A DNA stretch of 64,000 bases from Podarcis pityusensis (taxonomy: Eukaryota): the NCBI GenBank assembly GCA_964106645.2, contig OZ067046.1; one strand, given 5' to 3'. The stretch's first letter is position 1. Every line of letters starts with the position of its first letter. The notes beneath the pieces are model-generated. The model ran no database searches. It was given only the letters and a program-made list of their open reading frames with translations, and was not told the DNA's origin. The position numbers and the translations under genes are program-made. Of the stretch, positions 1 to 13,088 are shown one piece after another.

Positions 1-352
1 GGGAAGATCCGGATTCAGCGTGACGAACTGTTTCAAAAGGACTGGAGCAAATTTATATTTTATATGAAAGAAAACTGTAAACAGTTGAAAACGTTTGTAG
101 GTCTGAGCTGAAATGTTTGGTAATGTGAAAATAAGGAGCTGATTTACATATAAGGGGGTGAATGCTAAAAGATAGATATAAGGTAAAAAAGTGGTAACAG
201 AAATGTGAAGAATTGGTAAAGCTGTGTGGAGGTCAGATAGAGGGAGGGAAGGAGGTTGATGCTTTGTGTAAGCAATGTCTTAAGTTATGGATTTGTGTTA
301 TGAAAATGTAATGAAATATGGAAAACTCAATAAAAATCATGTTTAAAAAAAA
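1..352 (+). mobile_element. L1-like LINE 3' end
   Basis: ORF2-tail-like start, A/G-rich 3' UTR, AATAAA at ~329 followed by an A-rich tail. Confidence 0.55.
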
Positions 353-1175
353 GAAAGTGTTCACGTGTGGGTGGATGTGCACATGGAAATAATGGATCTG
401 TGTGACCCATGTGTGCATTAAAACTCAAAGTGCTCAGGAAGCAGGAAAGAGTCTGCTCTGGCGCATCAGAGTGCTGTTGAAGTGTGTGGGAATGTTAAGG
501 AAGGTAGGAGAGGATATATTGTTTTGATATTATCCCTCCTCACTCACACTAGTGAGTAAACAGCAGAGCACACCCCCTTTGCAACTTATAGGAAGCAAGT
601 TGATGATTCATTAGTGTCCTTTAATTAAGCAATCCAGTCTGGATTGTTCCTGGTAAGTTTCCCCTTTATTTTCCTCTTATCTTAAAATAATAATAATAGC
701 ACAACACAGTCTTCTTTAAAGAAGTTTTACTCACATTCAGTTCACAGCAGTGATCTGGAGGCAGGCTTTATCTTGTGGTTACAGTGAAAAGAAGTCTGAG
801 CTACACCTCAGACTTACTGCTTGTGGGCTCCATCCTATGTGAAGGTTGAGCCATTCGCTGGCCAAGAGCCAGGAGAGCGAGAGTCCAAGAGAGAGATGGT
901 TGCGTGGCCAACCCTTTTATCTGGTCAGCTAGGGTCACACCCATCTACCTGGTCACACACAGGGTGACGAAGCTCCAGAGCAAGTATGAGAGGAAGTCCT
1001 CCCTGTCTGGAGCCACATTCCCCTGTGTGTCCATTCTAGGCAACAGGAAAACATCCCACAATGTGAACATCAGAGCACTCCCTGTTTTCCAGCTGTGCTA
1101 ATGTCCTTAGTTCCTGGGAATGAAAGAGGACAGGGCCAATGGCAACTGCGTGCAACAGCCACCGTCTTTACATGC

Positions 1176-1456
1176 TAGGCTTGCCATATGTCAGGAAAAT
1201 TCTTAACATGTCCTGGTTTTCGGGTCTAAAAATGAAGTCCGGGGAAAATTTCGCTGAAATGGCAAAATGTCAGGGAAAACCCGGATGTATGGCAATGCAA
1301 TGGAAAAAGCAGAAGAAACAGCTCAAAAAGCTTAAAATCACCATTTTTGGGGTAGGTTTCCTCCAAGATTTGGGTTTGTTCCCCCCAAAAAGCTTAACAA
1401 AGCTCAACAACTTTGCGGGTGTCAGGAAATTTATTTTTTGAAATATGGCAACCCTA
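1176..1456. mobile_element. hAT (Tip100-like) non-autonomous element
   Basis: TIRs taggcttgccatat / atatggcaacccta; 8-bp duplication tacatgct at 1169-1176 and 1457-1464. Confidence 0.8.
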
Positions 1457-1594
1457 TACATGCTGCAATCACTGCACTGCCAAATTCATAAATGCCAGAA
1501 TGGGGGAGGAAGACCTGCCCTTTGGGTCAGCGACTTACAACTGTGGGCTTAATGTGACCTAAATTCCAAGCTTCTGCAAGGAAATGCATGAGAC

Positions 1595-1790
1595 ACATAA
1601 GAAACTGCCTTTTACTGACTCAGATCAATTGGACTATCTAACTCAGCACTGTCTACACTGGCTAGAGTGGCTGTTCAGGGTCCCAGACAGGGTGCAATAC
1701 CTAGCCCTACCTGGAGATGCCAGGAATTCAGTCTGGTACTTTTTGCAAGGCAGATGCTCTTTCACTGAGCTACGCTACCACTTTAGCTGT
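1595..1790 (-). mobile_element. Old tRNA-headed SINE
   Basis: Reverse strand shows a degenerate A-box (tagctcagtg) and B-box head; similar to the copies at 17944 and 31170. Confidence 0.55.
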
Positions 1791-3661
1791 GGCTTTTGGC
1801 TGCCTTCCACCATCACCCAAAGCATCTATTTTGGTATAATAATAAATTTTAATTTATACCCCGCCCTTCCCAGTTTAAAAATCGGGCTCAGGGAGGCTAA
1901 CAGCAAATATAAAACATGGATTAGAATGCAACTTTAAAACAGCATAAAATACAACAAAAAATGCAGCATCAATATCAACAGAATTCAAAAATTCCGGGGT
2001 CAATTTGGGGAGGGAAAACAACAACACAACGTATGCACGTTGATCACAATGAAACATGCCTTCCATGCTTCACATTTCCAACTCAGTGTGAGGAAAAAGA
2101 GTCTGGGGGCCTAATTTATTAACTGCAGCCCAATTATTGAAGATGGCTTAATTTGCCTTTAATGTTCAGTGACTCCATGACAGAGGGTTTTGGTGCTCAA
2201 AAAACTTTGCTGCAAATGGTGAACATGTTGCAGGATCAGTTCAGAACCATGCTATATCATTACTTTATGCAACATTAAATTAACAGCCTGGTGTTCCTTA
2301 ATTGCATCAGCATGTTATTGGCTCTCTTGGAGCACTGGAGATGAGGAAGCTCTTCAGGGAATCGCAGCTGATTAATGAGAGTGCGTCAAAACTTGTCAGA
2401 AGCCAGCAACCCCAGTATGTTTCCCCTATGGGAGAAGATGATAATGAATGAGATATGAAGATAGGCATGGGGGAAGGGGCTATAATGAAAAACTGCTCAC
2501 ACCCTTAGCTAATGCATGCTTATTGGGAAGTAATTTCCTTTGAGTTCAATGGGATTTGCTCCCATCCAAGTGTGTATATAGTGCCCTGGCTCAACCAGTT
2601 GAGGGACCGTTCTGGTAACAGTTACTAGGAAAAGATGGTTCAGATGCTGGAAGTGTGAGGTTTGCAGCCAAATCACAAGTGCATGTTTTGCTAGGCAAGC
2701 ACAGAGAGATCTTTTGTTGTTGTTGAAATTTAATCTTTATTGATTTTAAATATTAAGTCCCTTCACCACAAAAAGAACAACAAAAACAGATCCCACCAAA
2801 TAGAAAGAAAATGTTACATATAAAATAAAATTCTTCCATATGTTGAGACTTCCGTCGTCCTCAGTATGGGTCCTTCGTTTCCTTGTTGACTGCATATTTG
2901 TATATTCTTTAACTTAACATAAATTATCCATTGTACACAGAGAGTTCTTAAACTTCCTAGAGAGGATCCTTTGTGTGGCCTACTTCTCCTGCCTCCTCTG
3001 GGTGAGAATTCTGTAACAGACAAGATAATCCTTTATCCTTCCTTCTGTCTCTCTTTCCACCATGCTTCCAAGCTAAGCAGACATGTTTTGCTGATGCTCC
3101 TGGCTTCAGCCAGTGTTTCTGAGACTACCAACATTTATTTTACTGCAACTCAGAATTATTTTTCTGCATACTACTTTTTATATATGCTGCCTGAATTGAA
3201 ATGTAAGTAAACCTTTTTTGTTTATCATGCCAAAATGGTGATGAAGAGGGGGAGGTCAGCAGACCACAAATAAAAGGGCATAAAAGGGTGTGATTGCCTA
3301 ATTCCAAGTTTTAGTAAGGTGCAAAGCTACAAGTGTTTTACTCTGCTAACAGACTTCAAAACCCACTTACTTTTTGTATGTCTCCCACACACCTAAGAAA
3401 GGAGGTTTACATTTTAATCTACAGATATAATCCATTTCCTACAGGAAGTAGATGTGGCTGAAGCTTGAAAGCAGCAAGGAGTTACAAAAACTTACACTCC
3501 ATCTTTGTACATTGCAAGGCGCGGTTACACTGGAAAATCTTTATGCCATCTGGCAGAATTTTATCTTGTACACAAATAAACTTCACTTAACAATAACAAC
3601 TCATACTGCCTTCCCGTGAGATCTGGAACTCTAGAGTTACCTTTCATTTTTGAATGCAATA

Positions 3662-3903
3662 CAGTGGTACCTCAGGTTACATACGCTTCAGGTTACATAC
3701 GCTTTAGGTTACAGACTCCGCTAACCCAGAAATAGTACCTCGGGTTAAGAACTTTGCTTCAGGATAAGAACAGAAATCGTGCTCTGGTGGTGTGGCGGCA
3801 GCTGGAGGCCCCATTAGCTAAAGTGGTGCTTCAGGTTAAGAACAGTTTCAGTTTAAGAATGGACTTCCGGAACGAATTAAGAACTTAACCCGAGGTACCA
3901 CTG
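3662..3903. mobile_element. Tc1/mariner (Tigger-like) MITE, ~240 bp
   Basis: TIR CAGTGGTACCTC...GAGGTACCACTG with TA target duplication; same family at 31938 and 37791. Confidence 0.9.
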
Positions 3904-4402
3904 TATGTGATTTGTACCATTCTTTGTCCCTATGCTTCTTAACTGGATTTCTCTTTCACTCTCTTTTTCTTTGGGTAATATGGCTTGCTTTGCATTAAAA
4001 TTGATTAAAAATGTTGTTTTTTTTTAAAAAAGGACACTGAGCATGGCGTTGAAGGTGAATAGGGTCAGGTAATCACTGAAAAAGTTAGCAAGATCAGCAT
4101 CAGATTATGAAACAGAATCATGGATCTGAAGGAGGAAAAACCAAAGAAAAGACAGTAATCTATTCTGGCACTTTGGGGACAGGGAAGTGTGAATGGAGAA
4201 AGTTGGAGAAACAGAAACTGGGCTATTGGCAAAGCAATTAATAAATATTAATAATATGTCTGTGGAAAAGACATCCCCAGGAGCTTAAGAATTGGTCTAA
4301 GTGGAAAGCAGGACTGGTGGACACACACACACAGTTGGATTGATGTACCCTTGAGGAGTAAGACAAAAAATGGGATAAATTTGATTTTAAAATGGAAATA
4401 TA

Positions 4403-5304
4403 CCGTATTTTTCGCTCCATAGGACGCACTTTTTCCCCTCCAAAAATGAAGGGGAAATGTGTGTGCGTCCTATGGAGCGAATGCAGGCTTTCGCTGAAGC
4501 CTGGAGAGCGAGAGGCATCGGTGCGCACCGACCCCTCTCGCTCTCCAGGCTTCAGGAAGCTATCCGCAAGCCTTGCAAGCCCGGTGGGAGTTCCCGCGGG
4601 CTCACAAGGCTTGCAGGCAGCAGCCTGCAGCCCTGGCGAGTGTCCGCAAGCCTTGCGCGCCCGGCAGGAGGTCCCGCCCAGCGCGCAAGGCTTGGGGCTG
4701 CAGCTTGTCGCCCGAAGCACGGGGAGCCCTCCGGAGGGCTCCCCGTGCTTCGGGCGAGTGTCTGCAAGCCTTGCGCGCCCGGCAGGAGGTCCCGCCCAGC
4801 GTGCAAGGCTTGGGGCTGCAGCTTGTCGCCCGAAGCACGGGGAGCCCTCCGGAGGGCTCCCCGTGCTTCGGGCGAGTGTCTGCAAGCCTTGCGCGCCCGG
4901 CAGGAGGTCCCGCGCAGCGCGCAAGGCTTGGGGCTGCAGCTTGTCGCCCGAAGTACGGGGAGCCCTCCGGAGGGCTCCCCGTGCTTCGGGCGAGTGTCTG
5001 CAAGCCTTGCGCGCCCGGCAGGAGGTCCTGCCCAGCGCGCAAGGCTTGGGGCTGCAGCTTGTCGCCCGAAGCACGGGGAGCCCTCCGGAGGGCTCCCCGT
5101 GCTTCGGGCGAGTGTCTGCAAGCCTCGCGCGCCCGGTGGGAGGTCCCGCCGAGCGCGCGAGGCTTGGGGCGGTAGCCTGCAGCCCGAAGCACGCGAGGCT
5201 TGGGGCAGCAGCGGGGGGGGGGATAATTTTTTTTATTCATTTCCCCCCCCAAAAAACGAGGTGCGTCCTATGGGCCGGTGCGTCCTATAGAACGAAAAAT
5301 ACGG
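4403..5304. mobile_element. TcMar-Tc2/pogo-like MITE with an internal tandem array
   Basis: TIRs CCGTATTTTTCGCTCCATAGGACGCAC / GTGCGTCCTATAGAACGAAAAATACGG, with TA on both sides. Confidence 0.88.
4635..5190. repeat. 118-bp GC-rich tandem repeat, ~4.6 copies, internally palindromic
   Basis: gcaagcct(t/c)gcgcgc recurs at 4646, 4764, 4882, 5000 and 5118 (period exactly 118); units nearly identical. Confidence 0.95.
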
Positions 5305-6119
5305 TAGTTAGATAATATTCAGCTCTGTATCCCAGCATATGAGCATGATTCCTTTATCTACTTTTTGAATTAGCTGGTGCTTCAGCTATCACATTCCCAG
5401 TTTAAAACTGGTTTGCTTGGGAATTGAAGAATGTGATTAAGCAACTCCTGTTTTAATAGACGTTTTGCAGATCTGGCTTGAGGTTCCTCGTGCTGCTTAG
5501 TGGTCAGTTTGTCACTTAAAAAAAAATAGGAGGTAGGATCATCTGGTTGGCTGGATTCAGATGAACAGTTTTCTTCTACGAAGATGCACTGACTTTTGAA
5601 GTCTTATGGTGTTTGGAATTAAGGAACGCAATGCATTTCAAGCAACCCCCCCAAGAATCCCGGGAACTGTAATTTACCCATCACAGGGTTACAATACCCA
5701 ACATTCTTAGCAATCTACAGTTCCCATGATATTTGGGGGGAAATGTGCTTTAAATATGTAGTGTGTGCGCTAAACAACTCATCTTATAAGGTTGTGTCTA
5801 AGACTGAGCAAAAATCCCCTTCCCCAAATCCACAGCTCAGTCCAGCTATTCAGGGGTGTGAAGGATTATTGAAAGGATCTGTCAAATGGAGAATTACCGT
5901 TGTGTTGGCAGTGATCCTCTCCACTTCATCCCCCCCCCCTTTCACTCTCTTTTAGTGCCTCAACCAATCAGCTTCAACACTGGGCATGCATGTATGTTTT
6001 GGGAACAGCTTAAGAGTACAGGTATTTATGGGCTGTGGCCAGCAGTCCCAATATATTTGTCTTTCCAAATCCATGCAGCCAAAATACCTTAACCCACCTC
6101 TCCCCACCCATAGTCTATA

Positions 6120-6470
6120 GGTAAAGGTAAAGGGACCCCTGACCATTAGGTCCAGTTGTGGCCGACTCTGGGGTTGCGGCGCTCATATCGCTTTATTGGC
6201 TGAGGGAGCCAGCGTACAGCTTCCAGGTCATGTGGCCAGCGTGACTAGGCCGCTTCTGGCGAACCAGAGCAGTGCACGGAAACTCCGTTCACCTTCCCGC
6301 CGGAGTGGTACCTTTTTATCTACTTGCACTTTGACGTGCTTTTGAACTGCTAGGTTGGCAGGAGCAGGGACCGAGCAACGAGACCTCACCCCGTCGGGAT
6401 TCGAACTGCCGGCCTTCTGATAGGCAAGCCCTAGGCTCTGTGGTTTAACCCACAGCACCACCCGCATCCC
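6120..6470 (-). mobile_element. Sauria SINE (Squam1), full length
   Basis: tRNA-like head and (ACCTTT)n tail on the - strand; TSD acccatagtctata / acccctattctata. Confidence 0.92.
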
Positions 6471-7967
6471 ACCCCTATTCTATACTCTCCTTTAATTTAT
6501 TGTTAGAATGTCATTTTATGTGTATTGTTAAAAAAAAATAAAGTTTTAGCAGAGCAGGTATTTTACAACCTTCAGAATAGCCTTTTAGGATTACCATTTT
6601 ACAATTTTGCAGCACTGGAGATGGGACGTGGCAATTTGCTATTATACGTGAGCAGACATCTGAACCCAGGCAATTGCACATCTGAGTGCAATACTCCATT
6701 CAATGCGTCCTTTCACCATAGTGGGACTGATCATTATGCACAGTGTTGTGTGTGTGTGGGGGGGGGGAGAGGAATTATTTTATTTTGTAGTGAGGACCCT
6801 GTAGCAATCATTGTAAGCTGGAAATCAGACTTCCAAATCCCATATTGAGTCCGCTGTTACTGTGAGCCGACCACACTGCTGAAAAATCCGTCACTGTTGT
6901 TTTTCTGATGGGATACTATAATGGAGTTCTTTTCAGAGCTACATTTGCAAACACTGCTCTGTTCAGTAACCAGCAGATGGTAATCAAGAGCAGACTGGAA
7001 GCCTGTCCGTTGAGATTTAAGCACAATACTTCTGTGGCATACTGAGCGTTTGCCAAATGAAGTTACAGTTTACAAGTTCAGTTCTAAATGCTGGATTGCT
7101 CAGCTCTTTCTAGTTCATTGAAGTGTACGGGAGTCTGAATTGTCTGGCCTTTTTGGAATTGCAGACCTTTTTTTCCCTGGGATGTCAAAGAAGTTTACAT
7201 CTGCTGTCAAAGCATCCGCTCTGTTGCAAAGCGAACTGATTGCCTGTCCCGACTGAGGAATGGCTTGAATTTGAGAACGCATAACATATATTCCATCACA
7301 AACAACTTATAAGAGGTAAGATTTTGGGCTGGGGGGGGGGAATCCTTCACTACAGGATGCAATAAATGTGATAGTAGTCATGTTGGTCCAGTAAACTGGT
7401 GAGTATTAATGGATACTGCCAGATATAAAATAGTGGCATTAAATCTTAAGATTTAGAATGTTGTAAAGAAATTGGACTGTGTTCTCAGAATACTCTTAGT
7501 GGAGGTATGAACAGTGTTTACTTTCTAAAAGAAGGGATTCTGGTTCTCGGACCTAATATGTTCACTCAGAAAATGTTATTTGAAGCCAAATGGTAAACTA
7601 TCCTAATATATAGTGTTTAAAATCCGATATTCCCCTTCGATATAGCAAATTACCTTGGTTAACCATGATATGCACTGGCTGTGTGAATATTTCTCCTTGA
7701 CATTTTGTGGTACTATCCATAGAGCTTGGTCCATTAGGGTAAATGGAGAACTGCCCCATTGACCTCAATGTGTCAATCTTCCTGCCTGTCAGTCTTCCTC
7801 TTCCTTGGCCACACTGTTATCCTTGTAGAACTCAACAGAGAAGTGGATGGGTGGGAATTAGAATCAATTGACTCTCCCTGTCACTGGGCCAGGCTCCACC
7901 TACTGTCCGGGTTCCCTGTATTCCACACCACCAAGCTTAATAGACACCAGCTACTACTACTGAATAT

Positions 7968-8326
7968 GGGCAAGGGTGGCGCTGCGGTCTAAACCACAGA
8001 GCCTAGGACTTGCCGATCAGAAGGTCGGCAGTTTGAATCTCTGCGACGGGGTGAGCTCCCGTTGCTCAGTCCCTGCTCCTGCCAACCTAGCAGTTCAAAA
8101 GCATATCAAAGTGCAAGTAGATAAATAGGTACCACTCCGGCGGGAAGGTAAACGGCGTTTCCGTGCACTGCTCTGGTTCGCCAGAAGCAGCTTAGTCATG
8201 CTGGCCACATGACCCAGAAGCTGTACGCCGGCTCCCTTGGCCAATAAAGCAAGATGAGCGCTGCAACCCCAGAGTCGGCTACGACTGGACCTAATGGTCA
8301 GGGGTCCCTTTACCTTTACCTTTACC
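7968..8326 (+). mobile_element. Sauria SINE (Squam1), full length
   Basis: gggtggcgctg head ... ggggtccctttacctttacc tail; actgaata duplicated at the flanks. Confidence 0.92.
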
Positions 8327-8424
8327 ACTGAATACTATTTACCAACTATGGACATAGTGCAAACTTATAAGGGCAAAACTATATCTTCCATGAAAAACAA
8401 GGGGTCTTCAAGAGCCATATTGGG

Positions 8425-8674
8425 CAGGGGTCGGCAACATTTATCTTGCCTGGGCCAGATCCGTCCCACAGAGATCTTTCTGTGGGCTGGATTGCCTGCG
8501 GTTTTCAGCGATTTTTGGCATCTGCACGTGCAGATGCGATTTTCGGCACTGAGGAAGCGAGTCCCTGTGCCACACTGCGCCGGTTTAGCACAGCGCACAA
8601 GCATGCAGCTTGGTTTGGGGGCGGCTCGTGGGCCGGTCAAACGACCTCCGTGGGCCTTAGATTGCTGACCCCTG
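8425..8674. mobile_element. hAT (Charlie-like) MITE
   Basis: TIR caggggtcggcaa / ttgctgacccctg; 8-bp TSD atattggg / ctattggg. Confidence 0.85.
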
Positions 8675-11549
8675 CTATTGGGGCACGCTGCACTTGTGTG
8701 CAAACCTCACAGGTGAGCGCGGAATGGATGAGCACGGTAAGCTCAGCCTTTTCTCTTAAACGCCATTGTTTAAAGCAAGTAGCCTCCTCGGCTTACAGCG
8801 GCTTCCTGCTTCACAGTCACCCTGCATGAGCTGGAGGGTCATGGAGATAGCAGCATGGTATGTCCATGTGTGAGCTCAACATGCTCGTCTCTGCTCCTGG
8901 CTAGGGTTTACCTGCAAGCAGAGTGCTGAAACGGGGATCTGGATTGCAGACAAACTTGCTGGCTCAAATAGTGAAAGGTCCCTTCCAGATGAGCGGCTTA
9001 TTGTGCATTCATCCCAATGTGTTTGCACGAAGATTGCATGGAGGTTAGATGACCTCAGCTATTTATCAAGGATTCATTCTAATTGGCCTGTGGGGAGGCT
9101 CTAGATGGCTTTAAGCAAGCACCCCCCCCACACTTTCCTTGTCCTTCCCAATCTTTGCAGAAAGCGGGTTTGTTGCGCAAGAGTGTCCAAATCGATTGCG
9201 CAGCCTGAGATTGCCAGAACATGATTGAGTCCCAGCTGTAAGTGGCAACAGCCTGGAAGCACCTGAAGCCGCCATATTTTAAGAGTTTGGCTCAGAATGG
9301 CACCTGATCTGGGGGCACTGTTTCTATTCATGGAGTGTGTGAGCAATAATGTGCTCCCCTTGCTAAATTTGCATGAGAATCAAGAGCTTTGCCTTTATTG
9401 GTTCATCCTGGAGTTCACATTTCAGGTGGCACTTCCTCTAGGGAAAGGGGAGCTGGGAGCCGGGTTGAAAACTCTGGAGCCGCACCAGTTCTTGCTTCTA
9501 GCTGAGGGCAAAGGCTAACTCTAGGTCTTTGTTCGCCTCACTCTTTGCTCTCACCTTCATGGTCACAGAAGGAAATGTGGCCTTTTCCCTTCACTGCCTC
9601 GCCTCTGCCTGCCAGCCCCTTTTCCACAGCCCTGCAGCAGCGTGTGAAAACTGTAGAGGGATTGTTACAGTTGCTCAGGGCAACAGGAATTTATGATACG
9701 TTTTGCATCATAATTTAGAAGCCTCAGAAGGGGAACATTGTGTGCTGAACAGCTCTCCCCAAGACTCCTCCCAAACATCCTCGCTGTCTCTTTTGCTGCA
9801 GGCTATCAGAAGTCGAAATAGCCATTTAAGAAACAGCTGGGAGCAACCAGGAAGTAGACAGGACATATCCTTTAGGCCTCCTTTGTTTCATCGGCTTCCT
9901 TCTGTTTCTCATTTGTTCTTGCTTCCCTGAGCACTAGCAGAAGAAATGATCCCCTGCTCTGGATACTGCCAAGCGTATTGCATTTTCTTTCAAACAAACA
10001 AGCCTAATAAAATATCATCTAGCAGGACTTTCACAGAAATCCAAGGTGGAGACAGATGTCAAGCTACCTGCTGCTGCAGATAAGTCTAGATTTGCACAGA
10101 GGTTATATCTGACATGACTGTCAGCAGTGTTGAGAGGTACCATTGGAGCAAGACTTGGGGGGCAGAGGTCCAGGGCCCCACTCAGCAGAATGAGCAGAAG
10201 GGACCCTAAACACAGCAAGGCTGCATTTATGGATGGGGGAAGAAATCTGAGTCAGTGCACATTTATAGGCAAAAAACCAACCTGATCTGCACTTTCTGAA
10301 ATGATATGTGAGCAGAAACACAGCAATCCTTCAACGTCCACAGTTCTCCAAGCTTGCCATGGTGTTTTCTTACCAAATAATGTGTGCAAAAATGCTTATA
10401 TTCAGGGAATGTGTTCATAAAGGCGTATGCTAGGGGAAATAACACTATATCAGGGGGAATTGCTTTCCAAATATGCATCTTAGGAAAAACTGCATGCAAA
10501 AAAAAAAAAAGTGTGTTTTAACACCCCCCCCCCCCAATTTGATGCTGGAACGTGGAGAACTCAATTTAAGAATGGGGAGGAAAACTGAGAGAAACTTGAA
10601 ATTGATTCCTCCCCAGCTACTTTTAAAGTCAGTGGAGGCACATTATCATCTAAACAGCCCCTCTCATAATTCTTTTAAGACCAGAGTCCAAAACTACCCA
10701 CCTGAAGTACTAGTAAAATCTCCAGGGCAACTTTACACAATCCATTTCCCATGGAATAGAAAGAAGGCACAAAAATGTCATGTTGTGTAATAATCCTTTA
10801 GTTTGAAAGACAGAGACTGAGCAGACAACAGCCAAGCAGCCAATCCTAGTCCAAATCTGCTTCTGGCCCATAAACAACAGTACCATCCTGTGGACTCCAA
10901 AGCTTTGAAAGTTTAGAAAAGCTTTCAGGTTTTTTTTTTTTATCTTGACAAACCTCTACTCCCAAAACAGTTCCTTCCACTTTCCCTGGCCAGGCTAGTT
11001 TTTTTTAGCTTCCTCCCTGGTGAGGGGATGAGCTTTAGGATGGCACAACTGGTTTGATTACCATTCGGGACTCTGAGGCTCATTTCTTTTTCAGGCTCTG
11101 CCTAAACTGTTGAGGCATTTCAGTTCCCAGGAGAATATTCTGGAAGGTGGCAAATTCTCTGCCTCAAAACCGAGTGAAGAATTTCAGGTGCATCCACGAA
11201 TCTAGTTTTGATGCTATCTAATATTAATTTAACATTGTTGAAGGAAGCAGTTGGCTTGACCTGTTGGATCAACTCATCAACCTCTGATGGATGATTTAGA
11301 AGGATTGGTTCCGGCATCACTTTCGCTGCCCTCTCCCCCTTCTTCCTTCCAGCCCTTAGTACATATCGCTTCCTTCATCTCCACCCCCAATGAAAAATGT
11401 TCAGAGACGGTTTCACTTTCAAATTGTGGAAGAATTCTGCCACTCTCCTCAAGTATACTCAGCAAACCTCTCTCCCCTCATGCTTCATTAACCACAAATA
11501 TGGTGGACAATTTGGGGAGCTATTATCATTCACACTATACATGGGTGGT

Positions 11550-11970
11550 GTGATATTGTTGCCTGCCACCCCAATCTCTGAGCGATGCAAGATTCCAGAG
11601 GTTCCAGGCTCTCACCAAAGGTTCAGTTTCATCGGAATGAGGGACAGCAGAGACTGTGGTATCATTATGCTATATGGTTTATTTACACATATATACAACC
11701 TGAGCCTACAATGGAGAGGCTCACAGCATCAACAGCCCAAGAAGCTCTTGCTTCTCCCATAGCCACGGCCTTGGCTCTCAGCAGAAATCAGGCATGTCTC
11801 TGTCTCTCAAATGCCCAGCCTGCTTCTAGCCACTAGCTCACACAATTCAACCCTGGCTTTTGTCCTTCTAACTAGCAGCTAGTTGAAGGAGGGCCCCCAC
11901 CCATTTTCCCTCTGACACGGAACCACTTCCTTTCTTACCTTAATGACCCATATTTAGAGGGCATTGCCAA
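11550..11970 (-). mobile_element. Possible solo LTR
   Basis: Starts with TG; reverse-strand AATAAA (tttatt ~11678); LTR-like layout. Ends and TSD not resolved. Confidence 0.3.
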
Positions 11971-12534
11971 GAAATGTGTCTTGTTGAATTCAGGAATTAG
12001 AAGTCACTCAGGTACAGGCTCTCCCCACACCCCAAAACTCACAACACTATGTTCAGTCAGCAGGATCATGAGGTGTACAGTGCAGTCATGATCTGAAACA
12101 AGGTTTTAACCCCACACATTTACCACAACCCTCAGCCCAGCATGTATTCTGAGTGCACTGCAGACATATAAACTAGGAAGAGTGGGAGTTATAAGCAAAG
12201 GATAACATGCAGAGATATGCATAGATGACAGCACCTTCTGTGGATGCCATAATCACCTCTACTCTCTCCTGTCCATCATCAGCAAAATAGTTTTGTGAAA
12301 TATGTTTCCAGTACATTAATATACATGGGTGTAGCTAAAGGACAGAAAATATGAACCCTATGATTGATTTAGAATTAGAGGGACTTGGAGACTGAAAGGT
12401 GGAGCAAACAGAGAGCACATGGCCTTTGGAGGAAGCATGAGCCTGAAAGCAAACTGATGTATGTAACCTGAAATGAAAGAAAGGGGAAATCACAAAGGAG
12501 GAGTATACATGAGTAGCCAACAGGTGCAGGGTGA

Positions 12535-13088
12535 ATGTCAGGTGGGCTAAAGCTCAGAAAGAGCTCAGGCTTGCAAGGGAGATTAAAAATAATTTTAAAA
12601 GGTTTCTTCGGCTATGGTCAAAGCAAGAGGAAGAAGAAGCAAGCAATAGGTCCTCTGCGTGGAGAAGATGGAAAATTGCTATTGGGTGACAGACAGAAAG
12701 TGGAACTGCTCAGCACCTACTTTGCCTTGGTCTTCACCCAAAAGGAAAGCAATGCCCAACCTGGTGAAAAGAGAATAAACGGTGTAAGGAAGGAACTGCA
12801 GCCCAAGATAGGAAAAGAGGTGGTAAGGGAACACCTGGCTATTTTAAATGAATTAAAATCTCCAGTGCCTGGTACTAAAGGAGCTTGTGGATGTAATCTC
12901 AGGGCCTCTGTCTATAGACTTTGATGATTCTTGGGGAACAGGGGAGGTCCCTGCAGAGTGGGCAAATGTTGTCCCTATCTTCAAAAAGGGGGGAAAAGAA
13001 GACCGGGGTAACTACCAACTGGTGTGCTTGACGACGATACCAGGGAAGGTCCTAGAACAGATAATTCAACAGTCAGTCTGTGAACACT
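12535..13088 (+). mobile_element. CR1 LINE ORF2 fragment, frameshifted
   Basis: Translations ...GPLRGEDGKLL..QKVELLSTYFALVFTQK and GEVPAEWANVVPIFKKGGKEDRGNYQLVCLTTIPGKVLEQII are CR1 pre-RT/RT motifs. Confidence 0.88.

Noticed and set aside
4635-5190. CRISPR-like or REP-like array of palindromes
   Set aside because: Intervening sequences are identical rather than unique spacers; eukaryotic context; no cas genes.
4238-5315. Six overlapping 189-307 aa ORFs on both strands
   Set aside because: Produced by a stop-poor, GC-rich palindromic 118-bp repeat whose period is not a multiple of 3; no transposase or other domain.
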